Assembly (NCBI GenBank): GCA_050633245.1
Contig: JBOEGD010000030.1
Span: 32,001-96,000, forward strand
Direction: 5' to 3'
Source: Calditrichia bacterium
GTDB taxonomy: Bacteria; Calditrichota; Calditrichia; RBG-13-44-9; J075
Length of the DNA: 64,000 nucleotides
The translations under genes were made by a program, and so were the position numbers. The first letter of the stretch is position 1, and each line of letters starts with the position of its first letter. The notes under the pieces are model-generated. The model searched no databases. It had not been told where the DNA came from and saw only the letters and a list, made by a program, of their open reading frames with translations. Below, piece by piece: positions 10,113 through 19,499 of this stretch.

Positions 10113-10690
10113 AAGAGATCTTTAACCTTTTTATTAAGCATCTCTCTTGCACGGAAAATGCGGGCTTTAACGGTTCCCAGCGGCAGTTTTAAAATCTCGG
10201 AAATTTCTTCGTAAGATTTTTCTTCCTTATGCCGCAGCACAATTACATGACGATAGCGCGGTGGTAAAGACTGAATGGCATCATCAAGAATCTTGCTTCG
10301 CTCCTCAGCCAGTAAATACTTCTCTGGCGTTGGGTCCACATCCGGCACTTCGATCTTAACCTGTTCTTCCTTGTACTTAATCGGTTCATCAATCGAAAAT
10401 GTCTTCAGCTTCTTCTTCCGTAAAAAATCGATGCAGTTATTGGTGGCAATTTTCATAAGCCATGTAGAGAAGGCATACTCTTCGTTAAACGAAGCCAGTG
10501 CCTTAAAGGCCTTGATAAACGCTTCCTGCAAAAGATCTTCCGCCTCCTGCGGATTGCGAACCATCTTTATCATTACATGATAAACGAGGTTTCGGTATTT
10601 GACCATAAGCTCTTCATATGCCTTTTGGTCGCCGCTACGCGCCCTGGCAATTAGCTTCTGATCTTCAATCTTTCGCTGTTCTACATCCAT
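10109..10690 (-). CDS. ECF sigma factor (sigma70 group 4)
   Basis: AEDLLQEAFIKA..FSTWLMKIATN (region 2) and SYEEISEIL..GTVKARIFRAR (region 4). Confidence 0.92.
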   Translation of the reverse strand: MDVEQRKIEDQKLIARARSGDQKAYEELMVKYRNLVYHVMIKMVRNPQEAEDLLQEAFIKAFKALASFNEEYAFSTWLMKIATNNCIDFLRKKKLKTFSIDEPIKYKEEQVKIEVPDVDPTPEKYLLAEERSKILDDAIQSLPPRYRHVIVLRHKEEKSYEEISEILKLPLGTVKARIFRAREMLNKKVKDLF

Positions 10691-10908
10691 CTATTACGCA
10701 AGTGGTTTATAATGGTTACATTTCCCGACAGAAATATATAGAACTATCGACAGCTTTCCAAACAGAACGATCGCGTAGCTTGGAAAATCGCCTTAAAATA
10801 TAACGCGAAAATTCTTCTTTGAAATTCAAACAGGCATACCTATCTTTTTTACCCTTACAAAAGCCCCAAATAAGCAACCGTGTTTTCCTAACATGAAGGA
10901 ATAGGTAT

Positions 10909-11256
10909 ATGAAGATTAAAGAATCCTTCGACAAAAACATCGCAGTACTTGCTCTCACTGGCAATATGATGGGCGGTCCGGACACTACTGCACTCCACCA
11001 AAAGGTAAAAAGCCTGCTTGATGACGGCATTAAGAAGATCGTTATCGATATGAAAGGTGTTAAGTGGATGAATAGTTCGGGTCTTGGTGTCCTGATGGCT
11101 TGTTCAAGCTCAATTGCTCAGGCTGAAGGTGAGTTAAAGTTATCCAGTGTCGCGGAAAAGGTGAACTCCGTTTTGATGATCACAAAGATGGTGGAGTTTT
11201 TTGACACCTACGAGACATCAGACCGCGCAGTAGGGACTTTTAAAGAAAGCGATTAA
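10909..11256 (+). CDS. STAS-domain anti-sigma factor antagonist
   Basis: IVIDMKGVKWMNSSGLG with the conserved phosphorylatable Ser. Confidence 0.9.
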   Translation: MKIKESFDKNIAVLALTGNMMGGPDTTALHQKVKSLLDDGIKKIVIDMKGVKWMNSSGLGVLMACSSSIAQAEGELKLSSVAEKVNSVLMITKMVEFFDTYETSDRAVGTFKESD

Positions 11257-11304
11257 CATCGCTTGTCCAGCACCTGCTGTGATTCATAGCAGGCGTGGCG
11301 ATTT

Positions 11305-11859
11305 TTAAAAGCCAATTGTTTCGGCTATTTCCTGCATTGCCTTTATTGTAAAGGCAATGTGTTCATCCATGTCCAGCCCAAGTTCTTCAACTCCCTGCCG
11401 GATGTCTTCCCTGCTTACGGATGCAGCAAAGCGCTTATCCTTCAGCTTTTTCTTTACGGACTTTACCTTTACGTCTTCCAGCTTTTTACTTGGCCGAACA
11501 TAGGTTACAGCGGTAATAAGCCCACAAAGCTCATCAACGGCAAAAAGCGTTTTTGCCATTTTTGTCTCCCGAGCAACACCGGTATGCTGTCCATGACCAA
11601 GGATCGCCGTTATCCACTCTTCAGGATAACCTTTCTCGCGCATAATTTCTGCGCCACGGAATGGATGATCTTCTAAAGTGGGATACATTTCGTAATCGAA
11701 ATCGTGCAGCAGTCCGACAATCCCCCACGCTTCAACATCTTCATTATAGTGAGCCGCATAAGCACGCATAGCTGCTTCCACTGACAACGCATGATTAATG
11801 AGCGCCTCTTTTTTTGTATACTCAGTTAAAAGCTGAAAGGCTTGTTCTCTTGTAAACAT
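11305..11859 (-). CDS. HD-domain (HDIG) phosphohydrolase
   Basis: NHALSVE..GLLHDFDYE..AVDELCG; start MFTREQA. Confidence 0.88.
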   Translation of the reverse strand: MFTREQAFQLLTEYTKKEALINHALSVEAAMRAYAAHYNEDVEAWGIVGLLHDFDYEMYPTLEDHPFRGAEIMREKGYPEEWITAILGHGQHTGVARETKMAKTLFAVDELCGLITAVTYVRPSKKLEDVKVKSVKKKLKDKRFAASVSREDIRQGVEELGLDMDEHIAFTIKAMQEIAETIGF

Positions 11860-11868
11860 CGGATATCC

Positions 11869-11932
11869 ATTGATGAATGATGATTGATGAATGATAATTG
11901 AACAATGAAAATGGACATTGGACATTGGACAA
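11869..11932. repeat. Mixed heptamer tandem repeats (TGATGAW, TGGACAT)
   Basis: Direct reading of the intergenic sequence. Confidence 0.7.
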
Positions 11933-11956
11933 TTATTACTACACTGCCACCTGTGG

Positions 11957-13228
11957 CTATTTTAAAAAAACCGCTTTCCGGCGGATAAAGCCCGACTTAG
12001 TGATTGCCTGAATATAATACACGCCTGACGCTGGTGAACCAGACTCGCCGCTGCCATTCCAGCGGACTTCATGATGTCCACAGTCATAGCTCTTATTTGT
12101 GAGCGTTTTAATACGCTTTCCATCGGAAGAGTGAATGTCGACTCTTACTGTCAGTTTAGAATATACGCGGAATTTCAGGACAATATCACGATCATCCGGA
12201 GTAGATTCGCGCAGATCGGTAAATTCGAAATTCTTAATGTGATCATCAGAAACCGGCGTCACACGCTCCTTGACTAAACCGGATGCCAAAAAGGCTTCGG
12301 AGTGAAGCTGCAGAGTACGTCGCATGTGCAAATCGGCGAAATGCCAGTTGTGAAGGGCATCATTAGACAATACCAATTCGTCGGCCTGATTAATAACTCC
12401 GTATTGCTGTAAAATAGAAACGAGATGCACACCACGATCTCGATTACCTTCCATGCCATCTGCAGCTGCGGTGGTAATATAGAACCGACACTTTGCAACG
12501 GACTCGCGCTTTTTGGCAGGGTAGCTTTCCAGCATGTTCAATATATTGTAAGACAACAAATGTTCTAAATCGTGTTCATCTGTTCCAGGGCGACGAAATG
12601 CCGGAGCAAACATCTGATCACGTCGCAACCAAAGGGTATCGTTGCGCAATCCGGGATAACGCGGGTCGTTCATCCCGTTAAACATATGGCTACCGTCATA
12701 GCTACCGACAGAACAAAACAAATCGGGGTGCTTTACTGCCAGCATCAGGCTGGTGAATCCCCCCAGAGAGAATCCATCAGCTGCACGAACACCTTTTAAC
12801 GTGCGGTAAGCGGAATCGATATGGTTAATAACGTCTTCACAAAAGTAGTCTTCAAACTGACCACTGCCAATCCCCTTAACCTTTTTGGCCGCCTTGGGAT
12901 TCAGAAAATTGACGCCCAAACCATAGATACTGCCATTGTCAGACGTCATTCCCGGCCCGACGATTATCATTTCACAGATGCGCTTATCCGCAAGCAGTTC
13001 ATCAGCTAAATGCTGAATGGCTCTATTCCCACGACTATGATCCTGATCCGGATCGAACCATTCTTTCTCGTGCCCACGAAATAAATATAAAACGGGATAG
13101 CGTTTTTCGCTGGTAAAATATCCTGGTGGTAAATAAATGCGATAGTTTTTCTTAACGCCAAGTATTTTGCTCGAAAACGAGATATTCTTCACCACACCGG
13201 GCTGACGCTTCTCAACAAGAGTTTTCAT
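11957..13228 (-). CDS. Alpha/beta-hydrolase esterase with C-terminal FlgD-Ig-like domain
   Basis: IYLPPGY..RYPVLYL, nucleophile motif GFSLGG, HNW; C-terminus RWNG...ASGVYY. Confidence 0.8.
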   Translation of the reverse strand: MKTLVEKRQPGVVKNISFSSKILGVKKNYRIYLPPGYFTSEKRYPVLYLFRGHEKEWFDPDQDHSRGNRAIQHLADELLADKRICEMIIVGPGMTSDNGSIYGLGVNFLNPKAAKKVKGIGSGQFEDYFCEDVINHIDSAYRTLKGVRAADGFSLGGFTSLMLAVKHPDLFCSVGSYDGSHMFNGMNDPRYPGLRNDTLWLRRDQMFAPAFRRPGTDEHDLEHLLSYNILNMLESYPAKKRESVAKCRFYITTAAADGMEGNRDRGVHLVSILQQYGVINQADELVLSNDALHNWHFADLHMRRTLQLHSEAFLASGLVKERVTPVSDDHIKNFEFTDLRESTPDDRDIVLKFRVYSKLTVRVDIHSSDGKRIKTLTNKSYDCGHHEVRWNGSGESGSPASGVYYIQAITKSGFIRRKAVFLK

Positions 13229-13354
13229 ATTTAGTTCTTTTTCATTTAATGTCACAACTGGCTCCGAAGATAATCGACGTAAAAGAGAGCGGTATTGAGA
13301 TATCGCATGAAATCAGTTTACGGAATTTGATGTTTAAAGAAAAGGCGGAAGGCA

Positions 13355-13400
13355 GAACTCAAAACTCAGAGCTCTGAGCTCTGAGCTCTGAGCTCTGAGC
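13355..13400. repeat. Heptamer tandem repeat (GAGCTCT)x4.5 with degenerate flanking copies
   Basis: Direct reading of the sequence. Confidence 0.85.
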
Positions 13401-13509
13401 AAATTAATCGAGGTTAGACAGAAAAGTGAGAGACCGTCATGAATTAAGTATTATCTATTTCATTCCGGCAGCTGTCTTCATCATAATTAATCAGTCAAAA
13501 TTCATCAGT

Positions 13510-15849
13510 TTAAATGCTTAGCTCAAAACCAAGGTTAAAAAAGCGTCGGGTATACACACGTGGGATTCGTACCGGATCGCCAGGGAAAATCTGAAACCAG
13601 GAATACCCGGCAACGTTAATATTATTAAATACATTCAGCACTTCAGCGCTTATGACAAGCGCGCGGTCATCTCCTATCGTAAATCTACCGGTCATACCGA
13701 GATCGGCGCGAGTATAGCGACTAAACCGCTCTAACCTTGCAAAGTCTACCGCCAGGACGTTCTGTCCATTCTGATCAACTACACTGCGTGGGTGAAACAG
13801 ATAGCCGCTTCCATAAAGCAATCGCAAATGAGCCTGAATATTGGGGTAATTCGGCACTTTATCCTGCAAAAAAATACGCGCAGTATGCGTTTGATCCAAA
13901 ATTCGGCGACGGTTTATTCCCGTCTTAAGATCGCGTTCTTGTGTATTCAAATAACTGTAGCTAATCCAACTATTCAAACCTTCAACAATTTCTCCGCGGA
14001 TTGAAATATCCATTCCATAAGCAAAGCCATCCGTACGTTCTTCCGGACGATAAATCAGTTTAAGCTCATCCACATAATACGGGATAATTCGGTTCAGCTT
14101 TTTGTAAAACACTTCAGCTTGAAAAGAAAGCCGCTCCTTAAAAAGCTGCTCCCACCCCAAAATCCCGTGTATACTTTGCTGCGAATTAAATCCATCAAAG
14201 GCTTCTCGCTGCACGCCCTGAAGCTCATAAAAAAGTGGCGGCTGTTCATAAATTCCGCCGCTAAGGCGCAATACCTTATCCTCAGACGGTTTAAAAGAGA
14301 TCGAAGAGCGCGGGCTAACGCGCGTCTCATTATTCAGGCTATAATGATAAACACGCAAGCCGGCGGTTGCCTGTAGGCGCTTGCTGAAGCTGTAGGAATC
14401 CTGTAGATACCCGCTAAAGTAGTCTACGCGTTCGCTGCGTCGATCTCGATTCACTAACGGCACTTCCTGAGTAGACTCTCCACCTTCTTCGAAGAAGGCT
14501 TCATCGATGCGGCTTTTCATGGAAATAGAGCGAACGTTTATGCCAGCCTGAATCTTGTGCACACCAGATGTATGCTCCGCAGTAACATGTGCTTCCAGCG
14601 TCTCCAGATCCAGCAGATTGTCTGCTGTTTCAACACGAGACTTCAAATATTCCCGCGTGCTCTGCGGTTCGCTGGCATCGAGCACATAAAAGATATTTCC
14701 CGCAAGATCGACCTGCTCCTCTTCGCTGGTATTATAACCAGCAACAGAGAAACGCACGCTAGTTTGCTCGGAAGGATGATAGCCATACGCAAGCCCCGCC
14801 AATGAAGACTGAAACGAGTAAGCGCTATTTCCATCATACTCGATTTCCACGGCACGTACGTCCACTAAACTAAACTTAAAGTTGCCGGTAAAGGTATCCG
14901 GAGTAAGATCGAAGCGATTGCGTGCATGTAGTGCAAAAAGCTGCAGTTGGGAGTTCTTGCTTAGTTTCAGACGAGCAAAGAACTGACCATCGAAAAATTC
15001 CGGACGGTAATTTCCGCTTGTTTGTAGACGGTTCACAAAAAGCTGCGGGTTTGCATAACGAACACCGCCACTCCACTGTAGCGTTTTTCCTGAATGTTTT
15101 ACCGCAGCGCCCATGGTAAGAAAGTCTGCACGAACGGTCATCCTGGTATTGTTTTCAGGGGCAAGCCCATAATCCACTTCCAAAGCTGAAGAAAGCCGAT
15201 CGCCGAAAAGCACTGGAAAGCCACCGCTGTAGAACTTCAGATTCTCAACAAGATCGGGATTTATCAGCGATTGGTTTTCTTCCACACCGCGGCGTAATAA
15301 AAAAGGTCGATAAATTTCATAGCCATTCAGATAAATCAAATTCTCATCGAAGTTGCCACCGCGAACATTATAAGCACTACTAAGCTCATTATTAGATGCG
15401 ACACCGGGGAGGATTTTTATACTGCGTAGCGGGTCGGAATAGGGATCAGGCATTTTGCGTATATCTGCCGAAGCGATAATCTTTTCCTGTCCATCATGCA
15501 GTTCGAATACAGTTACAGATTTTCCCGCAACAGCAGCTGGCTGAAGCACAATAAAGAGACGGGCATTTGGCACACGGGAAGTTAAACTCAACGGCTGCTC
15601 GAACGGTTCATAACCAATAAACTGACATTGCAAAAGTTGTTCACCAATAGGAACTATCAACTCAAACCTGCCGAGACTGTCGGTTACCGTACCAACCTGT
15701 AACGCCTTAATATAGATTTCACATCCTGCAAGCGGTTCACCGCTATCTTTGTCGCTAACAGTACCGCGAATACTCCCGCTCTTCTGTGCAAGAAGTAGCG
15801 TGTTAAACAATATGAAAGGTAAAATAATAGCTATGTTGAGAAATCGCAT
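13510..15849 (-). CDS. TonB-dependent receptor with N-terminal carboxypeptidase-regulatory-like domain
   Basis: Signal peptide, GSIRGTVSDKDSGEPL, plug LPGV..VRGG..ENL, beta-barrel C-terminus. Confidence 0.88.
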   Translation of the reverse strand: MRFLNIAIILPFILFNTLLLAQKSGSIRGTVSDKDSGEPLAGCEIYIKALQVGTVTDSLGRFELIVPIGEQLLQCQFIGYEPFEQPLSLTSRVPNARLFIVLQPAAVAGKSVTVFELHDGQEKIIASADIRKMPDPYSDPLRSIKILPGVASNNELSSAYNVRGGNFDENLIYLNGYEIYRPFLLRRGVEENQSLINPDLVENLKFYSGGFPVLFGDRLSSALEVDYGLAPENNTRMTVRADFLTMGAAVKHSGKTLQWSGGVRYANPQLFVNRLQTSGNYRPEFFDGQFFARLKLSKNSQLQLFALHARNRFDLTPDTFTGNFKFSLVDVRAVEIEYDGNSAYSFQSSLAGLAYGYHPSEQTSVRFSVAGYNTSEEEQVDLAGNIFYVLDASEPQSTREYLKSRVETADNLLDLETLEAHVTAEHTSGVHKIQAGINVRSISMKSRIDEAFFEEGGESTQEVPLVNRDRRSERVDYFSGYLQDSYSFSKRLQATAGLRVYHYSLNNETRVSPRSSISFKPSEDKVLRLSGGIYEQPPLFYELQGVQREAFDGFNSQQSIHGILGWEQLFKERLSFQAEVFYKKLNRIIPYYVDELKLIYRPEERTDGFAYGMDISIRGEIVEGLNSWISYSYLNTQERDLKTGINRRRILDQTHTARIFLQDKVPNYPNIQAHLRLLYGSGYLFHPRSVVDQNGQNVLAVDFARLERFSRYTRADLGMTGRFTIGDDRALVISAEVLNVFNNINVAGYSWFQIFPGDPVRIPRVYTRRFFNLGFELSI

Positions 15850-16041
15850 GAATCGCTTTCTTAGCTGAATCTCATCCTCAATGCCAATTATGTGTTCAGA
15901 AAAGGTTGTTATTCTGTGTCACCGTTAGGCATCTCATGAACATGTCACGATCGACTTTACTGTTCTACCTGTCATACACCACGCGGTTCCAAAAATGCCC
16001 TAATTCAGATAGAAGATAAGACTTTTATTTGCTGAAAACCG

Positions 16042-16719
16042 TTACGCAATCTGGTAGCGGCGAATGTTAAAAATGAAGTTGCTCTCCCACCAGTTTTTAC
16101 TGGTAAAAGATAATTCCATCGAGTATCCATGACTTCTGGCAAGACGTTTGATTTCGACAATGTCGCAATCCTCTGAAAGGATCATATAAATTTGCGATTC
16201 ACTGTTCAGGAAGGCCAACATCTCCGGAAAGAGTCGACGAAAGTAAATATGTCCCTTGCCACAAAACCAGGCGTACTGGCTTTCTTTTTGGGGATTCTCA
16301 GGGTAGAATGGCGGGTTAATAACAATGATATCAAAGGTTTGTGGCGGTAGTTCATTAAACAGATCCGATTCACAGACCGTTAACTCAACTTTATTTTGCC
16401 AACCGTTACGTACTAAACCTTCTACCGCAGTTTTACTAATATCAGTGGAGGTTACCTGTGCTCCTCGCTTGGCAGCGTATACCGACAGCAAGCCGCTCCC
16501 GGCTCCCAGCTCCAGCATCCTTTTACCATTCAGGTCGACCTTTGATAAGAAGAAAAGCAGAATTCTGGTACTGAAAAAAAATCCCGGGTGAAAAACACCA
16601 GGACGCACAGTAATTCGAATATCATCAAACTGATAATCTCTTTCGCTGGCCAAATAGCGATCCATTACCGGCTTTAACAGACGATGAGATACTTTTTTGA
16701 ACGTCTTTTTTATATGCAT
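16042..16719 (-). CDS. SAM-dependent methyltransferase (HemK-like)
   Basis: LELGAGSG and NPPF motifs. Confidence 0.85.
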   Translation of the reverse strand: MHIKKTFKKVSHRLLKPVMDRYLASERDYQFDDIRITVRPGVFHPGFFFSTRILLFFLSKVDLNGKRMLELGAGSGLLSVYAAKRGAQVTSTDISKTAVEGLVRNGWQNKVELTVCESDLFNELPPQTFDIIVINPPFYPENPQKESQYAWFCGKGHIYFRRLFPEMLAFLNSESQIYMILSEDCDIVEIKRLARSHGYSMELSFTSKNWWESNFIFNIRRYQIA

Positions 16720-16720
16720 T

Positions 16721-17716
16721 TTAATTGGTTGATTTTAGGCGCCAATAAATAGCTGTAATACTGCTTCCGGCAGCTAGAGTCAGGCTGGTATCGGTAATAG
16801 TTTCATCAAGCATTAAATCGTAAAAAGAAAGTTTCCCTAGTTCACTCCAGCAAAAGTATCTTCCATCCGGTGAAACTGCAAGAGCACTTTCCGCAGAAGC
16901 AAGCGAAGTAAGGCCCCGATTTGACATCCCGCTAAAATCAATTCTTCGCACCCCGCTCGCGTTGCTGGAAAGAACATCACCGTCAACAAGAAAGTATAGC
17001 GGTCCGCTTGGCAGATCTGGGAAAAATGCCGGGTTGATAGCATCATAAACACCACCACTCGTTGAAATATACTTACCTGTTGGGGAAAAGCTGTGAACAA
17101 CTAACTCAATCGGGGAAATTTGGAATTCATTACCAGAACTGAGAGACTTGCTAAAAAGGCCATCATCTTGTGTCCAAACGAGTTGATTTCCCTGTGTACT
17201 AAACAATGGTTGTCGTGAATTCTTGTTGCCGTCACCCGCTATAATAGAAAAGTCGCTATTCACAATGTCGAGCAATCCGATACGAGACGTGCTATCTGTT
17301 CGCGCTGTAAAGGCGACAAGCGTTCCTGCGGCATTAAATGTCAGGCGATCGACAATTTTATACGGAGATATATAATCGTTCGTTCTCCCATCCGACAAGT
17401 TTTCCACACGAATTGTAGAGTCGTTAATCGTATAGGCCGACCGCTGTGCATCAAACGAGATAACAGGTTCAGCGGGAGGGATAGCGGAGGCTGCAATGAT
17501 TTCACCACTCCAATTGCCGACGTCAAGACGCTGCACTTCTGTCGGATTGTCAATAACGGCAAAAACCAAACCTGGTAAAGCTGGTCGGGAGTTACCTTCT
17601 CCCATCCCACTTCTACCAGACCCCGATGGCCCAGAGGAGCTGGAACAAGACCAGAGGCTGAAGACTGCAGCAAGTAAAAGCATGTACAAAAGTCGGCTCA
17701 TCAGCGAATTTCTCAT
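16721..17716 (-). CDS. Lipoprotein with TolB/WD40-like beta-propeller
   Basis: Lipobox LWSC; FSPTGKY and VSPDGRY repeats. Confidence 0.65.
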   Translation of the reverse strand: MRNSLMSRLLYMLLLAAVFSLWSCSSSSGPSGSGRSGMGEGNSRPALPGLVFAVIDNPTEVQRLDVGNWSGEIIAASAIPPAEPVISFDAQRSAYTINDSTIRVENLSDGRTNDYISPYKIVDRLTFNAAGTLVAFTARTDSTSRIGLLDIVNSDFSIIAGDGNKNSRQPLFSTQGNQLVWTQDDGLFSKSLSSGNEFQISPIELVVHSFSPTGKYISTSGGVYDAINPAFFPDLPSGPLYFLVDGDVLSSNASGVRRIDFSGMSNRGLTSLASAESALAVSPDGRYFCWSELGKLSFYDLMLDETITDTSLTLAAGSSITAIYWRLKSTN

Positions 17717-17780
17717 TATTTTCTGTTCACGATTAAAGTTGAATATCGCTTCAAATCATTCTGAATGCCAGATAAATTGC

Positions 17781-19280
17781 CTACTCATTGCGACGATAGA
17801 CCCGATATCCCAACCTCTCTTCCCGTAGCACATAGTTCCTTTGAACAAGTTCTGAAACGACGTTCCGTTGTGTTAATGGAATCCATTCTTCGTATTCACG
17901 AAAGTTGGGGATCAATACCAGGTAAGGCGGGTTCTCCGACAGCTCTTTGCTAAGAGCTCCGACATTGCGGGCTTGTCCACTAAAGTAGCGTGTTGGGGAC
18001 TTTCGCATAGCGTAGGCTTGAACCTGAGCGCCATACCCGGCAATATATACCGTTTGCTCAGCAGAAGTATTTGCATAAACCCATTCTCCCAAATAGCGCC
18101 GCGCAATATCGATTGGCTTTGAATGGGGAACCGGAATAATAGTATACCCTGCAGGATGCCCTCGAATAGCCATATCCAATGCCCAAACGCTTTGCCGAGG
18201 AAGTTCGAGAGCAATAACAAGCACTAGTACAATTAATGCATTAGAGACCTTGTCCATTGCCCAACGTTTACTGGCTATCCTCTCCGTTAGCGCCAGGCCA
18301 ATTCCGGCACTCACAGAAAGCGCCGGTAACCAGGTTCGCAATTGGTACGTTGCGTAATTTCCCGCAATATTCAACGCTATAAATTCCAGTGCCACCCAGC
18401 TACAGAGAAAATAAAGCATGAGTTTCTGCTTCAAAGCTCCAGCGTATACCAAAAGTGCTGCAATGCCGATTATAAATACTACCAGTCGCACGTTTTGCGG
18501 CATGAAGCGGGAATAGAAGATCGTCCAGCGCTCCTGCAAGCTGTTTGTCTTTCCGATAGTTGATGCAGTAAGCAATTGATCGGCTATCTCGGATAATTCT
18601 GCTCCCTGTAGAAACGGAATCAAGAGAAGTAGCAGCGGTATAGCTACCGCACTGCCGAAGATTAACAAAGCTGCCTGCAATCGGTTTTTAGAAATGGACA
18701 AAAAAACGGCAACGAAGAGCACAAGCAGCCCGAAAACGGCGGACTGTTTAAATGCCAAAGCCAAGCCGATTATCAACCCTGCCGCGAGGAATGTTCTCGG
18801 AGAAACAACCCCCTTATTGGCCCCTCTAAGAAGAAGGTACACCGCGAGCGTGCTGAAAAGAACAACGAAAGACTCCGTCTGCGCTGTAAAACGCCACCCG
18901 GCGGCGACCCAGCTTACCGAACAAGCATATAATAAAAAGCTAATTAGCCCAGCTCTCTCATCATGTATCAATCGCGCTATTCTATAGACCAGAAGGCCCG
19001 CTAACGCCAATGCCAGAGAACCAATAATTCGCGGAAGAATAAATCCCGGACCAACCAGAAATGCACATAAGCCAAAGAGCAGAAAGATGGCAGGCTGCTT
19101 ATTATCTACCGCCTCTTTATAGAGGACCAAATCGCCCTCAAGCCACTGCTGCCCCATGTAGGTCCAATGCGCTTCATCGTAAGACAACCCAATATGTCCG
19201 TTGGCAAATGATAGAAGAAGCAAGTAGAGAAAAAGCAACACGGTGAGTATTGGGATGCGGTAGGGAATGGCATTTTTCAT
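17781..19280 (-). CDS. Membrane glycosyltransferase, ArnT/PMT (GT-C) family
   Basis: YDEAH..DNKQP motif and many transmembrane segments. Confidence 0.8.
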   Translation of the reverse strand: MKNAIPYRIPILTVLLFLYLLLLSFANGHIGLSYDEAHWTYMGQQWLEGDLVLYKEAVDNKQPAIFLLFGLCAFLVGPGFILPRIIGSLALALAGLLVYRIARLIHDERAGLISFLLYACSVSWVAAGWRFTAQTESFVVLFSTLAVYLLLRGANKGVVSPRTFLAAGLIIGLALAFKQSAVFGLLVLFVAVFLSISKNRLQAALLIFGSAVAIPLLLLLIPFLQGAELSEIADQLLTASTIGKTNSLQERWTIFYSRFMPQNVRLVVFIIGIAALLVYAGALKQKLMLYFLCSWVALEFIALNIAGNYATYQLRTWLPALSVSAGIGLALTERIASKRWAMDKVSNALIVLVLVIALELPRQSVWALDMAIRGHPAGYTIIPVPHSKPIDIARRYLGEWVYANTSAEQTVYIAGYGAQVQAYAMRKSPTRYFSGQARNVGALSKELSENPPYLVLIPNFREYEEWIPLTQRNVVSELVQRNYVLREERLGYRVYRRNE

Positions 19281-19310
19281 ACAATTTTGGCCATTTTTTT
19301 AACGCCAAAC

Positions 19311-19475
19311 TGGAGCATTGTTAGAATGGAGCAGTCTTGGGAGTTAAAGCGTTCGTACTTTATTAGAAAAAAAGAAGCAAATTTTGAATTGTTTTTTTTC
19401 TCTGCCCAAACTGGAGCATTGTTAGAATGGAGCAGTCTTAATTAGAAAAAAGATCTAAAATTTTGGACTTTTTTA
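19311..19475 (+). repeat. REP-like doublet element, copy 1 (28-bp repeats at 19311-19338 and 19412-19439)
   Basis: TGGAGCATTGTTAGAATGGAGCAGTCTT twice with a 101-bp period. Confidence 0.85.
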
Positions 19476-19499
19476 ATTTTGCCTTTTTTAGATAAAAAG

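Noticed and set aside
19311-19439. CRISPR mini-array (also 57466-57594)
   Set aside because: Only two repeats per locus, 73-bp linkers that resemble each other between loci, and no cas genes. A dispersed repeat fits better.
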